The notes: generated by a model from the sequence alone, not told the origin. Positions 25,567-38,168 are shown, counted from the stretch's first letter. The stretch is 64,000 nt of DNA from Octopus sinensis (GCF_006345805.1 NC_043016.1:24924001-24988000), one strand, 5' to 3'. Made by a program: numbers and translations.

Positions 25567-25647
25567 GGCTCTGATGAGGCTATGAGTTGTGACTCAGGCA
25601 CTCAACTATGAGTCCACTGCATCTCATTGCAGAAACAACTGTTAGCT
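25567..25647 (+). ncRNA. Hammerhead ribozyme motif with rod-like stem II
   Basis: GGCT / CTGATGA / GGC-T-ATGAG..GACTCA..TGAGTC..CTCAT-T-GCA / GAAA / C-AACT-GTT / AGCT; the first stem II pair is G:A. Confidence 0.65.
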
Positions 25648-26349
25648 GATGAAGTTCATTAAGATAATTGTTTATTCTTTTGTCATCTCTTAATAATTTT
25701 GTCAAACTAATGCATTGCTTGTTTCTCCCCAACTTGTCTTTGTCTTTTGCTTTCTCTAAATTTGAACTATATATATATAAATGTGTGTGTATTAACGTTT
25801 GTTTGTCTTTTTTGTTCAGTTATATTAAGAACAATTTTACATTAATTTGATGGGTTACTCTATACTTTTGTAGAGTACAAATTTATTATTCTTAAACAAG
25901 AATATTATCGGTAATGACTTTACTGGCTAAGTTTCAACTAGCTAAGCTGTTATTAGACTGTGATGCAATGAAGTTAATCTTCACTCTATATAATCTTTGT
26001 TGGATTTAAATTTTATTTGGATATATAGGTTTAAGTGGAGTGGTAATTAGGTTGTAGGGTGAGTTGTGATAAAGAGGTATTTTGAAGAAATTTTGATTGA
26101 TCAGATTTGGGGTTGTTATTGTTTACACTTTTTTCATGTATAGAGAACTTTGTGAGCAGTTACAACTTATTGTTCCTTTGAGTATGCACATAAAGATTAA
26201 CACATGAATCTCTCAGTCCTTGAGTCACTCTGTTGCTTCTGCTAAATATTAATTAAAATATTATACTCATATTTAGAGTTTTAGTTTTCCTGTTTGCAGC
26301 AAAATACATTAATATATATATATATATATATATATCCCAGAAACAACTG

Positions 26350-26779
26350 TAAGACCATCTATTTATATAAAATTAACAGAATGAGATAAAAATCCAAGGC
26401 TGTGAAAGATTTCAGAACATTTATAAATAGATGGCAATAATAAATCTCTGAACGAGATGTAAACAGTAACCGCTCGACAATGTAAAGTATTATAGCCGTC
26501 TCGATATGGATAACCACAAAGGGTAGGTGTTACTGTAGCTTTTAGCGCCAGGAGATCATCGTCTCCAGCTGGCTTTAGGCACACTATCTGCAAGACCACA
26601 CTTTAGGCACACTATTTGCAAGACCTCCCTTTGCAAATACCATAAGGGCACAGATAGTGTGCCTAAAGCCAGCTGGAGACGATGATCTCATGGGGCTAAA
26701 AGCTACAGTAACATCCACCCTTTGTGGTTAGCCATATTGAGATGGCTATTATACTTTACATTATAAATAGATGGTCTTA
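26350..26779. mobile_element. Fold-back MITE with 18-bp TIRs and 112-bp internal inverted arms
   Basis: TAAGACCATCTATTTATA (26350-26367) / TATAAATAGATGGTCTTA (26762-26779); arms 26479-26590 and 26651-26762. Confidence 0.85.
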
Positions 26780-26795
26780 TTTATATATATATGTA

Positions 26796-26832
<37 letters not shown>

Positions 26833-26838
<6 letters not shown>

Positions 26839-27208
26839 CTAAAGGGCTAAAATCCACTATGTGGCCAGACATTTGAAATTAACCCCAATGTAATCGGTGC
26901 AACTAAGCACGTGTCTGTTTTTATACGGAAAACTGGTGGTTAGTTTTACAAATTATATTGCTTTCGGAACGATTGTACTGACGAGTCCTATGGACGAAGG
27001 TTTACGTAAGTGATTTATTCGTTAATAGGCGAAACCGGTTTGCGATTAATTCTTGTTTTTATATAATTTTCATCTGTCTTGCCCACATATTGTTCTGGTG
27101 TCTACTGAATTTTTCTCTAGAGAACATTCTTTCTTTGTAGTTTGATCGTAGTTGATCTACTTCTGGCATATGGCTGGCCACATAGTGGTTTTAGCCCTTT
27201 AAATATAC
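26833..27208. mobile_element. Element with about 35-bp inverted termini enclosing a hammerhead-like motif
   Basis: gtatatctaaagggctaaaatccactatgtggccag / ctggccacatagtggttttagccctttaaatatac. Confidence 0.75.
26971..27047 (+). ncRNA. Hammerhead ribozyme motif with two possible stem II/GAA registers
   Basis: GATTGTA / CTGACGA / GTCC-TAT-GGAC-GAAG ... ATAGGC / GAAA / CCGG-TT / TGCGATT; stem I 7 bp with 3 G.U pairs; palindromic AAACCGGTTT. Confidence 0.65.
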
Positions 27209-27254
27209 ACATGTATTAGAATTTTCTCCCTCATTACTTAAATATATATATATA

Positions 27255-27519
27255 TAAATAAATGAAAGAATGGAGTTGAACGACGATTTAACAAAATTCC
27301 TTTATTCTCGACATATGTTTCAAAGACTGCATATTCCTAATTCCGAAGGAATAAAGGGTGCATTATGCCGCCTTCTCATCAGGAAAGACAAGGAACTTAT
27401 GTCAGCATCATGACGAACAAAAACTTTTAGATGACTGCCCACACGGAGTCCATAGTGATAATGCAACCCGGGTATCGGTTAACCGAATTATCCATACTAG
27501 GATAATTCATTCAACTACT

Positions 27520-27525
<6 letters not shown>
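27255..27525. mobile_element. Family A element with an internal inversion junction, bounded by (AT)n
   Basis: Ribozyme part is on the minus strand; trailer end (27465-27525) is on the plus strand. Confidence 0.7.
27305..27387 (-). ncRNA. Hammerhead ribozyme motif
   Basis: Minus strand: CTTTC / CTGATGA / GAAG...CTTT / GAAA / C-ATAT-GTC / GAGAA. Confidence 0.75.
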
Positions 27526-27559
<34 letters not shown>

Positions 27560-28153
27560 GGAATTAATTTGATTTGAAAACCCCACTAGAATGGGAGAAA
27601 GCGCTAATAATCTGAATGATCTGATCTGAATGATCTGATCTGAATGATATGATATATATATGTAAAAAATGTAATATATAAATAAATATCTATAAATATG
27701 AACCATCCGATCTTCTGATTACCTCATTTCTTCTAATACATATATATATATATACATACATACATACATGCATGCATGCATACACACACCATACATACAT
27801 ACATACATACATGCATACATACAGACATACATACATACATATATTATTTAGTAGGAAGGCAATTATTTGGCCAGTCATAGAGTGACGAATGGTTTCGCAC
27901 CCATAAAACACTTAGCCTTATAGACAGCTCAACAGATTCCATTTGACATGGACAACATTTCATCTATAAGGTTAAGTACTTCATGGGTGTGAAACCACTG
28001 GTCAATCTATGACCAAGTATATCATTAACTTTCCCAAAAATAAATTACTTCTCTAACGTTTGGAGTGAGCTTCTTTTTTGGATAAATGATCTGACTATAT
28101 ATAATGCATTATATATATTATATTATATTTTGTTACATGCGTGTCTGCATGTG

Positions 28154-28199
<46 letters not shown>

Positions 28200-28735
28200 C
28201 TTTAAAAAACACACATTCAGAGGAACAATAAAAAGTTGTAACAAAACAATGTAACCAAACACTGTAGATAAACGTATTTTTTTCTTTTTATACGTTTGTA
28301 TTTACCCACCTGCCTACTCGTACACGGATCTGTGTATGTATATACACTTGCACACATATGTAATGTATAATATACACATCATTTACTCTTTTATACACGT
28401 ATAAGGAATAACATACATCACTTGAAGCTTAATCAATAAACACACATTTCTCATTATTTAATTGATGCTACGTATGAAGATCGACGGTCAGGGGAGATAA
28501 TTAGATGAAGCTTTCACTTCAATTCATTTTTGCTAATTCGAAGACATGAATTTGATATGTTAATCAATACTATATATGTATATGGCTTTATAGCTGTTCA
28601 TTTTTTTTTTTTTTGTCATTTTTATAGTTGTTTTCAGTTTGCTTGAAACAAACCTACAGTCAAGTTTGCAAACGTAAATATTGTGTGTGCGTGTGTGTAT
28701 ACACCCATCCATCCATCCATCCATACATACATACA

Positions 28736-28769
<34 letters not shown>

Positions 28770-28925
28770 CATAAAACAGAATATACAAATCTGCACATAT
28801 ACATACAAACAAAAATACACTGTTGATGATGTTGAAATTCCAATGAAGGAGCTTTGGATCTAGGTTAGAAACTAGCTCATTTCTATTGGAAAGAAATCTT
28901 GAAATGAAACTGAATAATAACATAC
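28770..28925 (+). mobile_element. 3' UTR remnant of the REL-type LINE found at 38165-38652
   Basis: tggatctaggttagaaact...ttgaaatgaaactgaataataa matches the reverse complement of 38165-38240 and 38768-38860. Confidence 0.7.
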
Positions 28926-29029
28926 ATACATACATACTCAAACACACACTCATACACCTATACACACACATACATTTATTTATTTTTTATTTATGCGCCC
29001 TTTTCAAGTCTAGCCAGGCTCATCGGCCC

Positions 29030-29262
29030 GGTTTCTGTGGTGTATGTGTTCCCCCCAGCTCAAGAAACAGGAAGAGAGAGTGAGAGAAAGTTGAGGCGAA
29101 AGAGTACAGCAGGGGTCATCACCACCCACTGCCAAAGCCTCGTGGAGCTTTAGGTGTTTTCACTCAATAAACACACACAACGCCTGGTCTGGGAATTGAA
29201 ACCGCGATCCTCTGACCGTGAGTCCGCTGCCCTAACCACTGGGCCATTGCACTTCCACGCAC
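29030..29262 (-). mobile_element. tRNA(Arg)-like SINE family c
   Basis: Reverse complement of 63273-63500. Confidence 0.85.
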
Positions 29263-29502
29263 ACATACATACATGAACAATAACAGTACATCATGAGAAT
29301 AGCTGGACTAGGGGCAGAAACTGGTCATGATAGGTACTGAAATAATAACTTGTTTATGATTCTACATGCTGGGTAATCATAAAATAATATATGTATGAAT
29401 ATTTTTCACAACAACAAATCTGTTCTGGCCACCTCTGTCACACTTTAACCATCTCAGTACTATATCGTACAATACAACTATTCTACTTCTCAGTCGGGTG
29501 GT

Positions 29503-29930
29503 CAGCGCTGGATTAACCATTAATTAATCAAAATAGGCACATGCTTAGGGCATCAAAGGAAGTGGGAGCACCACAGAAATGGTAAATTGTTTACAGCACA
29601 AAAGAAATCATTTTAAACTTGCTAATATAATAATCGAGGTAGTGTATATGAAAGGAAATATAATTTCAAAGCGTACATGGTGTCAAATTGAGGATTTGAT
29701 TGAAGACTTTACAATCAGAAAAAAGTAGGAGAAAACATTTGAAATATAAAGTGGAAGCATAAAAAGATAAAATAAACATTTTCTCCCATCTTACTCTTAG
29801 TTTTGTTACATTTTGAAAAATAAAAATAAATCATTTTATGGCTTATTGTTTAAATTTTGAATTATACATGTATGGTGGCACCAAAATATTTTAAGTGCTT
29901 AGGGCCTCAATGGGTCTTAATCCAGCCCTG
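29503..29930. mobile_element. hAT-type MITE (428 bp)
   Basis: TIRs CAGCGCTGGATTAA / TTAATCCAGCCCTG; 8-bp flanks cgggtggt / aaggtggt (6 of 8 match). Confidence 0.75.
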
Positions 29931-30709
29931 AAGGTGGTTCACCAGACTTTTGAGTTACGTTTGTGACCTTAGAAGTGGTGGTGCCATGTAAAAAGCACCT
30001 AAATATGGTTTGAAAAATTGTTGGTGTTAGGAAGGGCATCAATTTCTAGAAACCATGACAAAAACTAAAACATTGGAATAAGACACTTTGGATCCCGTCA
30101 CACCCTGTGTCCATACCAGTATGGCAGATAGGCATGAAGTGATGATGATGATGGTAATGCTGTTGTTGCTGCTGCTGCTGATGATGATGATGAAAATGAT
30201 GATAACAATGATGAAGACGATGACAGCAGTAATTACAATGATGAGGTGGCTGCAGGGGAGGAGAAAGAGAATGGGGGTGGTGGTGGTAGTGGTGGTGCTG
30301 GTGCTGGTGCTGCTGCTGCTGTTGAGGAGGAGGACAACTACAACCTATTTTTGATTGTTGAATCAACTAGGGAGTTTAAGAAAAAATAAGAAAATAAAAA
30401 GAAAGAAAAACCAAATTTTGTATCCACTAAATGGATTAGAAGTTAGAGCTCTAAAGGTCAACATGAACTCCATAATAAAGTTATTCCTGCTGCCAATTCC
30501 TCCCAAGATACAAAGTCAAATTAAGAAACCTTAGTTTTTTTTCTCTATTAGTGTTCACCTTTAGTATATTCATTGATTGTACTGATTATGCAGTATTGAA
30601 TTATTCTTACTTTCTGTGTGTGTGTGTGTGTGTGTCCACATGCCTGTGTGTGTGCATTTATACATGCTTATGAGGATGTGCATGCATTGTGTATATATGT
30701 GAAGGTGCA

Positions 30710-30752
<43 letters not shown>

Positions 30753-30899
30753 GTGTGCATGCATGCACATATGAATGTGCATGCATGCAGGTTCTAATTT
30801 CAGGGAGATTTTGCTGCTATTTCCAGTCAGCCTATTGGTTTTCTTGTTGACACTTTCCCCATACATATTCTATATATATATCCCTCTCTCTTTCTCTTT

Positions 30900-31098
30900 C
30901 GGAGAGGCACTGAGCAGCTATACACACACATACACACACGGCAGTAACTCCCGCCTACCAAATTCAATCACAAAGCTCCAGTCGGCTCGGGGCTATAGCA
31001 GAAGAGACCTACCCAAAGTGCCACGCAGTGGGACTGAACCCGAAACCATGTAGTTAGGAAGCAAGCTCCCTAACCACACAGCCATGCCCGCGCCTACT
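30900..31098 (-). mobile_element. SINE family a, 5' part
   Basis: Reverse complement of the family a head. Confidence 0.8.
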
Positions 31099-31342
31099 GC
31101 CATATTTATATATATATATATGAAATGTATAGTATTAATATCCATAACATAGTGCATATGCTCAATGTTATATATTTTAATAATTACTGGTATTTTCATA
31201 TTTTATATTTTATATATTATATATGTAAAGCACAATATGTTATGCATGGTATATTGGTATTATTTTTTTTAATAAATAAATAGACATAATATAATGTCTA
31301 AATGTTGATGAATACCACCTCTTGATCTCCCCTCTATTTTCT

Positions 31343-31373
<31 letters not shown>

Positions 31374-31602
31374 TACAAAATAAGAAAATGGAGAAATACA
31401 TCGAAATCAAATATCAATTACCAGATAATACTCAATCACATACTTATTAAACCACCACAAAGAAACTATAAGGTTAAACATAATAATGTAGAAAAAAACA
31501 GTGTACATAAAGAGTGTACATAAAAGAGTAATGTTATACAATAAGTAGAATATGTATAAGAGAATGTAAAATATAATACATATAAATATAAATATAGACT
31601 AC

Positions 31603-31728
31603 ATCTTACAGCTGTTTCGGCCATGTAGATAAGTATGTTTCAATTTACTTATATTAGCCATTTATGGTAGGTCAATATGTAGTTATAATGAGACATTTAC
31701 AAAAATATCCTAAGGCCTCTTCGGAGAT
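31603..31728 (-). ncRNA. Hammerhead-like motif with U4C core and 91-nt stem II insert
   Basis: Minus strand: ATCT / CCGAAGA / GGCC...GGCC / GAAA / CAGCTG-TA / AGAT. Confidence 0.55.
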
Positions 31729-32178
31729 TATGTGATACAAATCAGATTACATAATACTTATACAGGTGTGGGTACATACCCATAATAAAACATATACATA
31801 TACATATGAGTGCATACTCATACTCTATACATATAAATATACATATACTAATGATATAAGTAATATAAATTAATAAACATACATATGTTCCACATTCAAT
31901 GTTATAGTTTTTCAACTTAATATTGTGATAATTACAATGTAGAAAAACATACACATATTAATACCTAAATGCAGATATACAGAGTCAAGAGTACATTATA
32001 TTAATTCTTACTAATTTCCAAAATGTCATTAATGTTAGCATCATTATCTTTGTCATTACCACTAATGCTATCAATATCATCCTTCATATTATTATTAATA
32101 ATGCTAATACTAGAAAAACAATACATAGATTCCATTATTATCAATATAGTCACAATAGTACTACAATACCATGCAAAA

Positions 32179-32483
32179 TGTTAAATATCCGCATATACAT
32201 ACGAAATATGAAGTACAAGTATTCTGTTTACACTACATTAAGATTCACAGGTCCACATATTCACGTCCGAGTTCAAGTTTATAATTTTCATTGTGACATA
32301 AATACACTATTACTTTCAGAAATAGTTGCGGATCTAGCGCTAAAATATGATTGGCTTGTGGATTTGAATTTAAATTACCATTGTCTTCCTTATGGTTGGT
32401 TTGTTGAGTGTAAACAGAATGCTTGTACTTCATATTTCGTATGTATATGTGGATATTTAACACTTATGCGGATATTTAACACG
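32179..32483. repeat. 56-bp inverted repeat with 172-bp spacer
   Basis: 32179-32234 versus 32407-32462, 2 mismatches; an extra partial copy at 32466-32483. Confidence 0.9.
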
Positions 32484-33197
32484 TGGGGAGAGAAGAGAGA
32501 GAGAGAGGAGAGTTAGAGGCAGAGGGACAGTAGAACTAAGGAGGGGTGAGAAAAAATGACAGGGACACAGTGAAGTGAAAAGAGGAGGGAAAGTGAGCAT
32601 GAAGAAAAGGCAAGGAAATGTGAGAGATGGGGAACGAAAGAACAGGGAGTGGAATGAATGTAGTAAGCATGAAAGGGCTGATAGAAAGAAGGAAAGAATA
32701 AAAGAATAGTGTTGTACAAAATCTAGATAATTATATAATTAAATATAAGAGACCAAAGTGTACGTATGCCACTATATATATATATAAAAATACAAAATGG
32801 GACAAGAACGCGAAATATCCAGACAATTAGGTGACATAAAAAAGGGACAACAAAACATTCAGATAGATGATACAAAGAAAACAAGGACGGGTCATTTGGA
32901 GATTTCTTTCCTCAGTCGAGTTCCAGATTATCTTTGCAATTTTGGCTGCTTATACTCGAGATTGCTCCAATCTGGCCAGCCCTAAAGAGAAACTAAGCTA
33001 TATATACATGCATGCATATATATAGGGACATAAACGCAATTTTGTGGTAAAAATATTTGCTTCTCAACCACAAGGTTTAGAGTTCAATCCTGCTGCATGG
33101 CACTTTGAGCATCTTCTACAATAGCTCCCAGCCAACCAAAGCCTTGAGAGTGCATTTGGTGAACAGAAACTGAAAACCCATTTTGTTGTGTGTGTGT

Positions 33198-33235
<38 letters not shown>

Positions 33236-33499
33236 ATGTGTGTCTGTTGCAGTCTTCTTGCCTTGATATCATGTGATAGTTGTAAGCAAATGTCAGTGTA
33301 ATGCAAGCAGGTCCTTTGCTTCCAATATTCTGTGGAAACAAGTCTGGTAATGGGGAACTGTTAACTTACTTGGAAATGGGTGAGAGGTGGGAATAGGTAG
33401 GGTATCTATCTGTGAAAAATCCACTTCTACAAATTCTGTCTGATCCATGAAGCTAGCATGGAAAAGTGGTCATACATACACATACATACATACATACAT

Positions 33500-33547
<48 letters not shown>

Positions 33548-33560
33548 TCACACACACACA

Positions 33561-33603
<43 letters not shown>

Positions 33604-33619
33604 TTATATATTGTTGACA

Positions 33620-33805
33620 CCATTATAGATCGTTAGCCACTATACACATTTTTTTCTCTCCTTGCTTTTTCTGTGTCCCTTTCTGTAGAAGAGTGTAGGC
33701 TCGAAATGTTAAAGAATTTTTCACTTCCTGAGCGTTATACTAATACATCTGTTTGTTTGTACACCACCTGTCTTCGTCTTTTGTTTTTTTCGTAAACCCT
33801 CCCTA
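33620..33805 (+). repeat. Family C repeat with minimal hammerhead-like motif at 33678-33715
   Basis: CTTT / CTGTAGA / A / GAGT-GTAG-GCTC / GAAA / TG-TT / AAAG. Confidence 0.65.
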
Positions 33806-33812
33806 TATATAT

Positions 33813-34146
33813 ATATTGTTGTATTTTGGGATGGTCATTTTTTTTTGTCAAATAAACACATGCACTTTATATCCATTCTTTACTCATTTATTACTGTTCT
33901 TATTCTAACTCATGTCCATTGTTTGGAAATCTTTTGTCATACATTTGCTTTCATGTGTGCTCTTGGAGCAAGAGCACGCATGAAGACAGATAGTGTCACT
34001 GAAAAATTCACAAATGTGTGATTAAAGATTTCGGGACAATGGACATGAGTTAGAATAATAACAGTGATACACAAGTGAAGAATGAATATATAGTGCATGT
34101 GTTTATTTGGAGGAAAAAAAACGACGATCCCAAAATACAACAATAT
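33813..34146. mobile_element. Fold-back (palindromic) MITE, 334 bp
   Basis: Termini atattgttgtattttgggat / atcccaaaatacaacaatat; centre GTGCTCTTG-GAG-CAAGAGCAC at 33957-33977. Confidence 0.85.
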
Positions 34147-34253
34147 CTGTTTCATCCACACCACAGTTTCACATCAGAATCTTGCAACACAAAAATTCAT
34201 AACGTATATATACATCTATATATATATATATATATGTACACACATGCACACAC

Positions 34254-34326
<73 letters not shown>

Positions 34327-34562
34327 CATACATACATACATACCAGAGTAAGCACATAAATGTGAAACAAGGTGGAGAAAAATGGTACTCTATTACAAGA
34401 GGTAGAGTAATATATTTTATTAATAAAGCTGCAAAGACATCACAAGACTGTTTACTCAGAGTTTCACATTCCTGTTCGTTGAACGAATGGGAACATGAAA
34501 CTCTAAGTACAGTTTTTGTGATGTCTTTATATACATATATATTTACATATATATATGTGTGC

Positions 34563-34616
<54 letters not shown>

Positions 34617-34809
34617 GTAGATACATATATATATATATATATAAAACAATATATATATAAACCTATATATATATCTATATATCTATCTATCTATATATAT
34701 ATATATAATAGTATATATTAATTTTAATATATATATATATTATATGTTATATATGTATAATGTTATATATATCTATATATATATATATATATATATAGTA
34801 TAATATATA

Positions 34810-35670
34810 AGCATCAGATGTGGTGTGCAAGAGAGACGACTGCACTTGTATGGCCATGTGCTGTGAATGGATGAGGACAAGCTGTGTGAAAAAGTGTCAC
34901 ACCCTAGCAGTTGAGAGAACTTGTGGAAGAGGTAGACCCAGGAAGACCTGGGATGAGGTGGTGAAGCATGACCTTCAAACATTGGGTGTCATCGAGGCAA
35001 TGACTAATGACTGAGACCTTTGGAGATATGTTGTGCTTGAGAAGACTAGGCAAGCCAAGTGAGACTATGACCCATGATCTATGCTAGTGGTGTATAACCA
35101 GCCCACTCATGAGTACCCTTCATTCATTGGACAATAAGCTTTACTTGTGAAGATCTGTTGAGGCAAGTGAAATCAAAATCGTTGATGTGGTCGATGACAG
35201 TATTGCTTGATTGTGCCAGTGGAACATTAAAAGCATCATCCAAGCGTGATCAGTGCCAGGGCCACTGACTGGCTCCCTTGCACATAAAAAGCACCATTCA
35301 ATTGTGGTCATTGCCAGCATTGACTTACTGGCACATGTGCTGGTGGCACATGAAAAACAACATTTGGGCATGGTCGTTGCCAGTGCTACCAGACTGGCTC
35401 CTTGTGCAGGTGGCACAATAAAAAACATCTTTTGAGCATGGTTGCTGCCAGTACCAACTGACTGGCCCTCGTTCTGGTGGCACGTAAAAGCACCCACTAC
35501 ACTCTTGGAGTGGTTGGAATTAGGAAGGGCATCCAGCTGTAGAAACTTTGCCAGATCAGATTAGAGCCTGGTGCAGTCTTCTGGCTCACCAGTCCTCAGT
35601 CAAACCATCTATCCCATGACAGCATAGAAAGTGGACGTTAAACGACGACGACAAGAAGATGATGATGATG
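34810..35670 (+). mobile_element. RTE 3' coding end plus 3' UTR and tail
   Basis: SCVKKCHTLAVERTCGRGRPRKTWDEVVKHDL (ORF 34820-35014); tail (gac/gat)n. Confidence 0.85.
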
Positions 35671-35777
35671 ATGATATATATATATATATACACTCAAACA
35701 CTTGCACACATATATTTATATACTAACAAATACACACACATATGCACATATATACAAAAAGAGAAACATCTCACTTT

Positions 35778-36170
35778 CTCTCTTTTACTTGTTTCAGTCA
35801 TTTGAATGCGGCCATGCTGGAGCACCGCCTTTAATCGAGCAACTTGACCCTGGGACTTATTCTTTTGTAAGCCCAGTACTTATTCTATCAGTCTCTTTTG
35901 CCGAACCGCTAAGTTACAGGGACATAAACACACCAGCATCGGTTGTCAAGCAATGCTAGGGGGACAAACACAGACACACACACACATGTATATATATACA
36001 TATATACGACGGGCTTCTTTCAGTTTCCATCTACCAAATCCACTCACAAGGCTTTGGTTGGCCTGAGGCTATAGTAGAAGACACTTGCCCAAGGTGCCAC
36101 GCAGTGGGACTGAACCCAGAACCATGTGGTTGGTAAGCAAGCTACTTACCACACAGCCACTCCTGCGCCT
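35778..36170 (-). mobile_element. SINE family a, full length
   Basis: Reverse complement of 56695-57125. Confidence 0.9.
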
Positions 36171-36876
36171 ATGTATATATATTTATATATCAACAAACTC
36201 ACACGCACACATGCATTTGTGCATGTACACTTCTCTACCCTTCTTCTAACATTCTTGGGGCAGCAGTGGGGAGTGGCGGTGGCTGAATAAAACACCTTTT
36301 AAGTTCTGCTGTTACAATATAAATGATGGTAGTTCTTCCCCCAATCACCTTCATGCTTACCACCAACCACATACGCACACACACACACACACACACACAT
36401 ACATACACAGACACAGACACACACACATACACATGCATGACACCTGACTCCAATCATATAGGCACACACAAAATCTCGCTCCAATTACACACACACACAT
36501 ACATGCACTCGCACATCAAGAGGCGGGGTACTTCTTACTTAGGTCACTTAACCATGCTAGAACAAATTCTTTTTCTTTTCTTTTTTTTACCTTTTTGTTA
36601 TCCTTTGACTGTGTCAATGACATTCACAACCTACATTTATGTCACAGCAACTTGTCACATGTCAGCTGTCACTCAACTAGCTCTAATTCTCTTTGACTCT
36701 CATTGAGACAGACAAAGCAAAAGAGAGAGAGAGAGTGAGAGTGTGTTATGAATGATGACATATGGGCGGGTGTTTATACTGCACTTTTATTTCTGTTCAT
36801 TTAAAAATACACATACACACACACGCGCACAAGCACACAAAATAGCAACAACAACAACAGCAATAATAATTTAATA

Positions 36877-36906
<30 letters not shown>

Positions 36907-36907
<1 letters not shown>

Positions 36908-37119
36908 CCTTTCTACTGAAGGTACAAGGCCTGAATTTGTGGGAGGGGACTAGTCGATTACATGAACCCCGGTATTTCACTCGTACTTCCATTTATAAAC
37001 CCCCAAAAGAATGAAAACGAAAGTCAACCTCAGCGGGATTTGAACTCAGAACGTAAAGAGAGGTGAAATACCACTAAGCATTTTGCCCAGTGTGCTAATG
37101 ATTCTGCTAACTTACCACC
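36907..37119 (-). mobile_element. SINE family b, tail type ii, embedded in (TAA)n
   Basis: Family b head and body; (TAA)n on both sides. Confidence 0.8.
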
Positions 37120-37120
37120 T

Positions 37121-37274
37121 ATAATAATGATGATGATAATGATGATAATAATAATAATAATAATAACAATAATAATAATAATAATAATAATAAAAATAAA
37201 ATAATAATAATAACAATAATAATAATAATAATAATCACAATATAATAATAATATAATAATAATAGTATCAACAC

Positions 37275-37309
<35 letters not shown>

Positions 37310-37383
37310 TATAAAATAAAATAACATAACATACATAATAATAATATAATAATAATAATAATAACATCCAATAACAATACAAT

Positions 37384-37429
<46 letters not shown>

Positions 37430-37505
37430 CAAAACAACACACAACCACAATAATAATAATATAATAATAATAATAACAACACCAACAACAATAATAATAA
37501 TAACA
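37121..37505. repeat. (TAA)n/(CAA)n compound microsatellite
   Basis: Direct reading. Confidence 0.95.
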
Positions 37506-37757
37506 CCTTGGGTGGTGGCCTGGACACAAGGACACTAATTTATCATTTCTAAATTACCCTGAGATCGGAAAATAAAAGGAAGGAAATGCAACGAGGTTGT
37601 TTGGTAGAGCACTCCATCAACAGTCACTGCATCTTCGATTCTCTTAACAGATTACAATATTGATGAGACTATAAGCAAAGTGAAAGTACAACACTTATAT
37701 AAGTGATGATGACCTATTTATTAGGATTTGTTAAAATATTTCAAAACATGAAGTATG

Positions 37758-37759
<2 letters not shown>

Positions 37760-37803
<44 letters not shown>

Positions 37804-38168
37804 GTGTGGTGTGTGTGTGTGTGTGTGTGTGTAAATATATATATGTATATATATTGTTATATGTATAGGTGATGTATGCATGTGTGTATGTTGTATGTGT
37901 GTGTGTGTATGCATGTGTGTATGTGTTGTGTGTGTGTGTGTGGTGTTGTGTGTGTGTGTGTGGGTGTTGTGTGTGTGTGTGTGGTGTGTGTGTGTGTGTG
38001 TGTGTGTAAATATATATATGTATATATATATGTATATATGTATAGGTGATGTATGCATGTGTGTATGTGTGTTGTGTGTGTGGTGTAATGCATGTGTGTG
38101 GTTTGTGTGTGGTTGTGTGGTGTTGTGTGTGTGTGTGTGTGTGTGTTGTGTGTGTGTGTGTGGTGTGT
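37760..38168. repeat. Compound (TA)/(TG) microsatellite with an internal duplication of about 177-bp period
   Basis: gtaaatatatatatgtatat...ataggtgatgtatgcatg occurs at about 37831 and 38007. Confidence 0.9.

Noticed and set aside
27608-27652. 14-bp tandem atctgaatgatctg x3
   Set aside because: Simple slippage repeat; no ribozyme core despite the similar letters.
28400-28560. Possible conserved non-coding element rich in TAAT/ATTA motifs
   Set aside because: Such motifs are expected in AT-rich DNA; conservation cannot be judged without alignments.
32770-33000. Repeat-like segment with minus-strand CTGAGGA
   Set aside because: Stem II and GAAA are not convincing and there is only one copy in the window.
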